The notes under the pieces: generated by a model
The model's input: the letters and a program-made list of their open reading frames with translations, nothing else
Database searches by the model: none
What the model was told of the DNA's origin: nothing
Part shown: positions 56,608-64,000 of the stretch, piece after piece
Layout of the letters: each line of letters opens with the position of its first letter
How positions within the stretch are numbered: position 1 is the stretch's first letter
Source of the DNA: Balamuthia mandrillaris
Lineage: Eukaryota
DNA: 64,000 nucleotides
Assembly: GCA_031835245.2 (NCBI GenBank)
Contig: JAVKOQ020000087.1
Coordinates: 1-64,000, forward strand
Reading direction: 5' to 3'
Translations under genes and position numbers: made by a program

Positions 56608-57446
56608 GCTCTTGTTGTTTTTCTTTTTCTTTTTCTTTTTCTTTTTCTTTTTCTTTTTCTTTTTCTTTTTCTTCTTCTTCTTCTTCTTTTTCCTCTTGAT
56701 CACCAACACCCTCCATCAATGTTTCTAATTCTTCGTAAGTGTCAAGAAAGATAGTAATGACACTAACACAACCATATGACACAACAGGGTCACTTGGTTA
56801 CATTATTGTCACTGAAGCCAGATTACTTGGAAAAGGCAGGACACAGTAAGGACCTTCTGAGATGTGTTAAGGGCGTTATATCTCTGTCTGGCGTTTTCCA
56901 CTTGGGGCGTCTCAAGAAAAACATAATCACTCGGCATTGGTTTTTATCTTCAATCTTATCGCTCTTCTCTTCTTTCATGTTATATTCTCTGTACGTGTTC
57001 TGTTCTCTTAGCTCACCCAACTTCTTGTGCTTCTTGTTCTTCGTTTTATGTCATTAAGGTACTTGACTCCAGCATTCGGCAAAGACCCAGCGGTCTATCG
57101 TGAGGCCTCTCCCATAACTTGGGCCAAGCAACGCACCCGCTTCCCGTTCCTCCTTCTCAACGCGGCCAGCGACTTTCATCTCCACCGGGACTCCACAGAA
57201 TTGGCCGCCGTGTTGAGAGAGGCCGGTTCAAAGGTGACCGTCTGCAGTGTCCCAAAAACAAATCACCGCAGCATAGTCAGCCTCATTCATTCGCCAAAGG
57301 ATCAGGTCACTCCTCTCCTTCTTGCCTTCATCTTCCAGAGAGAAGACCAACTTGAAAAAATGGTACAATCATCGTCATCATCGCCCAAAGAAGATGAAAA
57401 GAAAGACAAAGAATCACAGACCAAGAAGAGGAAGAAAGAACAATAG
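55711..57446 (+). CDS. alpha/beta-hydrolase (HGGG-type esterase; ICME/kynurenine-formamidase-like) with internal hydrophobic insert, multi-exon
   Basis: LDLYVP..PVVIYAHGGGWKRGD, ISYRLS, HPVHVLDLAHALKWVHDNVESYGGDSNNIFLSGHSAG, ASP..PFLLLNA..D, TNH. Confidence 0.9.
56535..56695. repeat. Intronic compound microsatellite (GTT)n-(CTTTTT)n-(CTT)n
   Basis: Directly visible, immediately after the GHSAG exon. Confidence 0.95.
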
Positions 57447-57580
57447 TAAGGCACACACCTAAAAAATATGATAAAAACGCAAACAACAAGTCTTCCCACA
57501 ATGGGAAACACGCGGATTTGTTGCTGCGTTTATTTCCCTCCAAAGCAACACCGCCATAGCTTGAGAGAGGCAAGTGATTC

Positions 57581-57895
57581 GATGCAAGGTTCTAAGCGTC
57601 GTATGGACGACCTCCTTGCTTCTTTCTCTCCCCGACAAACTCAACTTTCGTGGGTTCGAATCCCACCCCCACAACCACCATCTGTGGGGTGGCCGAGCGG
57701 TTAAGGCGTTGAAATGTGGCTTCAATTTACTTCGTTTACTTGGGGGGGGAGGGAGGCGCTTACGGGGGGTGTCTAACTTACTTCGGAATGATTTATTACT
57801 TATGTAGTGACAAACGACACGCGAGTGAAAGGAGTTGGGAGTGCCACTCGCTCTCCTCACACACGCCTGGTTTCGCGGCGCTTGACGCTAACATC
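57581..57895 (+). ncRNA. Putative ~315-nt structured ncRNA enclosing the permuted tRNA module
   Basis: Helix 57605-57640 / 57734-57774 (19 contiguous bp, 7 of them G-U). Closing helix 57594-57602 / 57875-57883 and GATG 57581-84 / CATC 57892-95. Hairpins at ~57793-57810 and 57821-27/57845-51. T-run at ~57912-57922. Confidence 0.65.
57650..57725 (+). tRNA. Circularly permuted tRNA(-like) module, anticodon GTG, Leu-type body
   Basis: 3' half first: T-arm GTGGG-TTCGAAT-CCCAC (57650-57666), acceptor 3' strand CCCCACA (57667-57673), A73, CCA. Linker CCATC. Then the 5' half: TGTGGGG (57683-57689, perfect 7-bp partner), TG, D-arm GCCGAGCGGTTAAGGC, G26, anticodon arm TTGAA-ATGTGGC-TTCAA (57709-57725). 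Confidence 0.85.
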
Positions 57896-57911
57896 AACTG
57901 CCTCTCTCTTC

Positions 57912-57922
57912 TTTTTTTTTTT
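57912..57922 (+). terminator. Oligo-T tract, candidate Pol III terminator for the structured RNA
   Basis: Run of about 11 T just after the closing helix. T-runs are common in this genome, so this is weak alone. Confidence 0.35.
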
Positions 57923-58037
57923 CACGCAAACCAAGAAGAATGATTGGAATGTGTGTGGAATGGGGAAAAACAAAAAGGAAATTTTGGCGTCCGTTCGATG
58001 CGAGAGAAATAAAAAAACGAACGAACGAGAGAGGATC

Positions 58038-58873
58038 ATGGTCACGGTGAAACTTCTACCGCTCGTCACTTTCGGCTTGTTGCTTTGGGTGTGGATATGC
58101 GCTATCATTGGTGTATGCTTCCCCTTGCTCTTCCTTTTGCTCGCCCTACCTTCCTTTCATCTAACTAATCCTCTTTGGATTTTAAATTGAAAGGCAGCTA
58201 CCTCTAACAAAGGATGGGCAAAGGGGTCTAACGCGTTCATAGGTTGGAAGAAAGGCACTGTCGTCATTCTTCATAACACAGACCATCACTTTACGTTAGA
58301 CGGGTCCGCCGAGACTGGAGGAAATGCGGCTGTTGCTGGCTCCATCATAGCAATTTTGGTCTCCGTTGTGGTGATGGCACTTGCCATTGCACGAACCTTT
58401 GGTCTTGGTCCCCGTTTATTGCACTTTGTTGGCGCAGGACTATGTTTCTTGCTGGCGTGAGTATCCTTCTTCAGTGTACTTTTTTCGTCGTCGCTTGATG
58501 TTCTACACTTTTGCCTTGGTTGTTGCATATAGTTGTCTCTTCACCTCTTCGTCTTTGGTCTTTCTCGGTTTAACTCTTCTCACATTTCGTAACTGATAGG
58601 TTTATATGGATGGTTTGTTGGGCTACTTGGGCAGGTGCGTGGTGAAAACTTTGCTCTTTATTTGCTCTTTATTATTCTTTAAGTAACTCATCCTTTCATT
58701 CAATGGTAGACAAAACATCGGACCTACGGGACAAGTGGGACATGAATCCCGACTACGCTTTCGCGTTTGCGATCATGGGTAACCTGTTCACGCTCTCCGC
58801 CGGATTTTTGCTGCTGCTCTCGCGATGGAAGGACTGCACCATTGTCAGCACCTCGTACAGCAGCTACCAGTGA
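58038..58873 (+). CDS. Small 4-TM membrane protein (claudin/PMP22-like topology), paralogue A
   Basis: MVTVKLLPLVTFGLLLWVWICAIIG..GW..IGWKKG..GGNAAVAGSIIAI..WMVCWATWA..PDYAFAFAI..WKDC. Hydrophobic segments and shared intron positions with paralogue B. Confidence 0.75.
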
Positions 58874-59031
58874 TAACAGTGCGCACCTGTCGGCAATAAT
58901 CCATTGGAAATTTTCAAAATATTCTGATAAATTATCGACAATAATTTAACACTGATTAATTAACCAATTTTTCCAGCGCTTTCTTTTTCTGCTTTTTTTA
59001 CGAGGAAGAAGCAAGCCGCTACCCGTGGGAA

Positions 59032-59603
59032 ATGACCGTGGTGAAACTGCTGCCCGCCATCATCTTTGGCCTCCTTATCTGGGTGTGGATATGTGGTATC
59101 ATTGGGGTAAAACGCTTGCTTCCGTTTTTGCCTTGTTCTTTTTTTGTTTTGCTTATCCTTTGCTTTTCTTTTTTTTTTTTTTGTGCGTCTGTGTTTAGGC
59201 CGCATCCTCTGCCACTGGCTGGGCACATGGTAAGAACGGTGATTTCGGGTGGAAGAAAGGGACCATTAAACTCCAGCACCAGAATCACCACCTCACGTTA
59301 GAGGGCTCTCTCAAGACGGGAGGAAATGCCGCCATTGCGGGCTCCGTCTTTGCCATTATATTTTCGATCCTCTTGATGGGCTTGGCTATTGCCAGAGTTT
59401 TCGAGCTCGGTCCTCAACTTCTTCACTTTGTGGGTGCTGGGCTTAGCTTCCTACTTGCGTACGTTCCTTGTTTTTAATACCAAAAATAACGTGTTGGAGA
59501 AAGTCCTCACTTCTTTCCCATAGGTTCATTTGGATGGTCTGTTGGGCTACTTGGGCGGGTTCGTACCCTACTATTCGCTTTGCTAACCTCCTCTCTCATT
59601 TCT

Positions 59604-59635
<32 letters not shown>

Positions 59636-59863
59636 GCTTTTCTCTGCTCTTCTGGCGTTCCGTTCCACACGGTTAATTTTCTCCTGTAAAAAAAAAAAGA
59701 CAAAACAAGCGACAAAAGAGACGACTTTAACATGGACCCAGCCTTCGCTTTCGCGTTCGCAATCATTGGCACATTGTCCACCGTGGTGGTTGGCTTGTTG
59801 TTCCTTCTCTCCCGCTGGAAGGACTGCGCCATCGTGGGATCCTCCAACTACAGCCAATATTAA
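59032..59863 (+). CDS. Small 4-TM membrane protein, paralogue B (tandem duplicate)
   Basis: MTVVKLLPAIIFGLLIWVWICGIIG..GW..FGWKKG..GGNAAIAGSVFAI..WMVCWATWA..PAFAFAFAI..WKDC. Confidence 0.75.
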
Positions 59864-59999
59864 ACGCTTTACGTTTCAATAAAGTTTTGAAAGTAAACCG
59901 CATCCAAGTGATAATGAGAGAGGAAGCGGAAGAGGAAGAGGAGAAAAAGGTTGAAAATAAATAGTAGAGAAAAAGGTGGCAAGGCTTTCTTGGTTTCTT

Positions 60000-60446
60000 T
60001 TACAGGAAGCTGAGAACCATGGCGATACCGGCAAAGATGAGGGCGATGAGGGAGAGAACGGACATGGGAACACCAGGCATGACCTTTTCAGTGGAGTAGT
60101 AGCGGAGGAAGAAGAAGACCATCAAGACAGCAGCCAAGATGGCGGCCACCAAGAAACCGAACGGCGAGATTAACCAGGACATTACGAAGGCTACAAGCAG
60201 CAACACACCTGAAAAAAAAAAAAGGAACAGAAACACAAAAACAAACGTTTCAGTTTGAGCATAGACAAACAAGACCATCCCAAAAAAAATTAGCGTAGCA
60301 GGGTACTTACAAACACCAATGCTAACGTAGAGCGAGATCTTGCTCTTAAATTTGTAGAATGCAAATACACCTCCTCCCAAGATAATGAAGGCGTACAGGA
60401 GCACCACGATCCTGGCAACAATAAGGTACGTATCTACCCACCCCAT
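60000..60446 (-). CDS. TMEM14: TMEM14-family small membrane protein, 2 exons
   Basis: YAFIILGGGVFAFYKFKSKISL..G..LL and FFFLRYYSTEKVMPG match the TMEM14 pattern (YA.L...GG..GY.K..S..SL; F..R...T.K.MP). Confidence 0.75.
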   Translation of the reverse strand: MGWVDTYLIVARIVVLLYAFIILGGGVFAFYKFKSKISLYVSIGVCKYPATLIFFGMVLFVYAQTETFVFVFLFLFFFSGVLLLVAFVMSWLISPFGFLVAAILAAVLMVFFFLRYYSTEKVMPGVPMSVLSLIALIFAGIAMVLSFL

Positions 60447-60692
60447 GATGATGTAACTCGATTGCAAAGTGGTCGCGCGGTGCCTCGCTTTGTGCCAAAC
60501 TTTTTTTCCTTCTGTTGTCTGCAAAAAAGAAAATATTTGCGAAATTCCGTGTGGTTTTTAAGGCCAGCATTTGTTGTGCTTTTGTTGTCCTCACCTCTTG
60601 AAATTCGGACGAAAAAGTTCCTCGTGCGAAAGGAGAGAGGCGCCAAGCCAGTGGAACGGGCAGGCATTACTGCACTGCCGCTGCAGCAAAAG

Positions 60693-62333
60693 ATGAGACG
60701 TAGCGCTTCTTCCTTGGCCTGGTTGTTGGCTCTTTGTGTGTGCTGCTGCGGTCTCGTTGCTGGCCTGACTGGTACTTGCTTCTTCCATTTAGTTTTTTTA
60801 TGCTTTGCAGCTGATTCCTATTCTTCGTGCTGAAAGGACCTGCCGCCTTTTATGACGCCAAAGACAAGATTGACGGCGAGTACATAGTTGTTTTGCACGA
60901 TGCATTAGGCCCTGACGATGGTTTGCAGCAGCTATTCGTTTTTTTTTTCACATTTGTATTTGTTTTTTGTTGACCAATCTTATGTGGCTTTGTAGTGGCT
61001 GACTATAAGGGCCGTATCGAAGCTAGGCTCAACCCTGACATGGAAAGCGTCGACCAAGTTTTCAGAATCGGTTCCTTCAATGCCCTCAAGGCAAAACTTT
61101 CATTGAGGTCTCTCTTTTCTTTTCTCATATTTTGCATAGTGAGGTCTTTCGTTTTTCTCACAACCATCTGTTTTTCTCTTCCATCCATTGTTTCTCCCGC
61201 TATGTTGCCACTTTTCAACAAACTAGGTCGGTGAAGACGTTATTGTTGGACGAAGAAGTGAAGTACGTGCAAGAAAACCAAGTTGTAAGGGCCATCCAGC
61301 TCAAAGGGGAGTCATGCTCTCAACAAAGCATAGAGGTGCCGTGGGGCTTGGATAGGATCGACCAACGCAGCGTGGACCTTACCGGCAAATTTCGCTATAA
61401 AAGCTCTGCTGGCCAAAACGTTGATGCCTATATTATTGACACGTACCAAACGTTCCTTCCTTTTGTCTCTCGTTTTCTTTCTTGTCTTTCATTCTTTGTG
61501 ACTTTCTTTTCCTTGCACCATCAAACTGGTGGTTCATCACCATCAGAGGCATTCAGGTGACGCACAAACAATTCGAAGGCAGAGCTGAATGGGGCACCAA
61601 CACAGCCGGGGACGGCCAAGGCCGTGACTGTCACGGACACGGTACTCACGTGGCCGGTACCGTGGGCTCTCTCTACTACGGCGTGGCCAAGAAGACCACC
61701 CTCATCGCCGTCAAGGTCCTTGCCTGCGATGGCTACGGCAGCGACGCCACTGTCATTGCTGGCGTCGAATGGGCCACCAACCACCATCACTCAAAGCAAA
61801 ACAAGAGGCCTTCTGTCGCCAACATGTCCTTAGGAGGAGGATTCTCCCCTGCCTTGAACGAGGCTGTCAACGCCTCCATCACTGCGGGCATCACCTATGC
61901 AGTGGCTGCTGGCAATGATGACTACGACGCGTGCTTTGTCTCTCCGGCCTCCGTCGAGACGGCCATCACTGTTGGAGCCACGGAGATTGCCAACATAAAA
62001 AGCTACGAGAAGGATGCACGCTCCTATTATTCCAACTATGGATCCTGTCTCTCAGTGTTGGCCCCTGGAACCCTCATCAAGAGCACTTGGATTGGAGAGA
62101 GTGACGAGGAGGTCAAAACCATCTCTGGTACTTCCATGGCCTCACCACACGTGGCAGGTGTTGCTGCGTTGTTCTTGGATGTCAACCCTGAAGCCACGCC
62201 CAAGGATGTTAAAGGGTTCATCCTGGATAATGCGTTGGAAGGAAAGGTCGTGTTGGGATGTGAGCCCACTGAATCTACCTGTCCGCAGACTCCCAACAGA
62301 CTGCTTTACTTCGCTTGTGGTGCTTATTTATAA
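60693..62333 (+). CDS. Secreted subtilisin-like serine protease (S8, proteinase-K subfamily) with I9 propeptide
   Basis: Signal peptide, GEYIVVL propeptide, PWGLDRIDQR, YIIDT/GI (Asp), HGHGTHVAGTVG (His), AAGN, ISGTSMASPHVAG (Ser). Confidence 0.97.
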
Positions 62334-62414
62334 ACAAACAACGACCTTTTGCCGTGTAAGCAACTCTACCATGCTGTTTTTTTCTAATTCCACACTCGAA
62401 AGGTTTGTCGTTCT

Positions 62415-63878
62415 TTAAATGGAAGGAGACAACGGAAGATCACGGATGGCTACAAGGATGCTAGAGGGACAGTGGCTCGGGATATAATGGTCCGAGTCAA
62501 CAAAGCAGCTGTGGATGCGTTCTTGATTGTAGCGTTGGAGGTAAAACTGAGCTTCGGAAGAGCGAATGGCAGCAGTGCCTTCCTCGCAGAGTTTTGGTTT
62601 CGGTTGGTCGTTGCATTTTTCGCGGTGTGGCTCTGGTTTTGTTGCAGTTAGTACTGTCACTGCAATATGACGAGTTCGTTGCAGTTCATCCTCTATTGGA
62701 TAATAAAGGTGAGACAAAGAATAAACACAAGAAGAAAAACAAAGAAGACGACTAAGCACAAGCAAGAAGGGGAAGCAGAGTTCAAGAGGAAAGACCTGTA
62801 AGACTTTGCAAAGCCGCCATTGCGTTACCCAACTCGTCCCAATGGCTTAGTTCATGGAAACATGTTCGCGGAAACTTTGTAAACAAAATGGTAACTACAG
62901 ATTAACAATAATACAGGAAGGAAAAAAAGAAAGCAAGTACCTTATAAGTTGCCATTTGGGCAAATGTTTCTTCCCGCAAGTGAGAAGGAAGGACAGAAGA
63001 TGGCGCTCCTGATTCCATTGGGAGAGCGTCAAACTCTCCTCCTATTCTCAAGAATCCAAAAGGACTCAACAGACTTGCAATGCGAAATGATATTAATCCT
63101 GTTTGTGTTGGCAACAAGAAGAGGTTTGATGAGATAGGGACGAGAGAAGCGAAATAGGAAAGGTACCTGTAGTGAGAGCAGAGCCTAAGTCATCATAAGA
63201 GAGTTCGCTATCTACCACAATCTGCCAAGCATAAAAAGAGATAGGTAGACCTTAAAACTCAAAAAAAATAGAAATCGAGGAGAAAAAAAGACAAACCATG
63301 CCGGAGACGTCTTCAGGACGGTCGTGAGCGAACAAGTGAATGAGGTTTCCACCAAAGCTCCAACCCACCAAAACATAAGGAGGAGATATAACACTCACTT
63401 TTAACAATGAATACAATTCCTCGTTTATAATAGTCCTGTTGTCATTTGAATGGAATGGGGTTTTTACTCCAGTTAAAAATAACTACCAACAAACACAAGC
63501 AAAAAGAAGAAAGAAGAAGGAAGAAGTGGAAGAAGAATAACGCAATGAAGAGGCGACGTACACATTCCTCTTCGTAGTAGGTGCGTCGCTCCAACCTTGA
63601 ATAAAAACATGTTTAGAAAAAAATCAAAACAGAGAATAGAGCATGAGACACAAAGAAAGAGATTGAGAGGCAGCAGCAGCAAGAGAAGAGAGAGAGAGAG
63701 ACAGAGAGAAGCACGCAGAGGAGAACGACATGAAAAACATGTACCATAGCCTTGTCTATCGTAGGCGCAGAAGCGATAACGTTGAGTCAGTTGTGAGTCC
63801 TTTTCTATTTGCTCGAAAAGTGGAACCCATGCCAACGAAGAAAAGGCAAACCCTACATGATAAACAAAAGAGAGAAGC

Positions 63879-63918
<40 letters not shown>

Positions 63919-64000
63919 AACATTGTTTTTGTTGGTGAACTGAATGGACGAACCAGACTCAAAGAGAAAGGTGGCAGAGGGGTTGGGTTGCGCTCCTATA
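62415..64000 (-). CDS. alpha/beta-hydrolase, 5'-truncated by window edge, multi-exon
   Basis: FSSLAW..RFCAYDRQGYG/WSD, nucleophile elbow LVGWSFGG (~63350-63373), C-terminal DSDHYIP. Confidence 0.8.

Noticed and set aside
57821..57857. H-type pseudoknot in the 3' domain of the structured RNA
   Set aside because: The connecting loop would be 1 nt across a 7-bp stem, which is sterically implausible. Alternative hairpins are more likely.
57581..57895. Interpretation as a bona fide tmRNA or YrlA
   Set aside because: It has a complete D-stem and anticodon arm, no G3-U70 pair, no evident tag ORF and no clear Ro-binding motif. Only the topology is analogous.

Overview
Intron-rich, gene-dense eukaryotic nuclear DNA. 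Short GT-AG introns full of (CT)n tracts and the gene content suggest an amoebozoan protist, possibly Balamuthia/Acanthamoeba-like (inference, not verified). The window opens with the 3' ~1.26 kb of a 28S rRNA copy carrying several changes at normally invariant positions. About 4 kb of AT-rich, CpG-poor DNA follows, containing a decayed Ty3/gypsy pol fragment. The rest holds about 24 spliced protein genes and two identical tRNA-Leu(CAG) genes. The genes include RBM42, a Clu-TPR protein, ADSL, a FYVE-hydrolase, a rhodanese-DsrE fusion, an RlaP/YcgL-type nucleotidyltransferase, RasGAP-VPS9, an ACAP-like ArfGAP, ATAD3, an OPT transporter, SDHB, an EGF membrane protein, NAA80, WH1-DH-PH-MORN, mS38, GPLD1, an esterase, two tandem 4-TM paralogues, TMEM14, a subtilisin and a partial hydrolase. 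The most striking signal is at ~57580-57925: a circularly permuted tRNA. Its order is T-arm + acceptor 3' strand + ACCA, a 5-nt linker, then acceptor 5' strand, D-arm and a GUG anticodon arm. It has a Leu-type body and is held at the variable-arm position by a ~30-bp G-U-rich helix inside a ~315-nt structured RNA followed by an oligo-T tract. Gene coordinates are start-to-stop spans including introns, and exon boundaries were read by eye.
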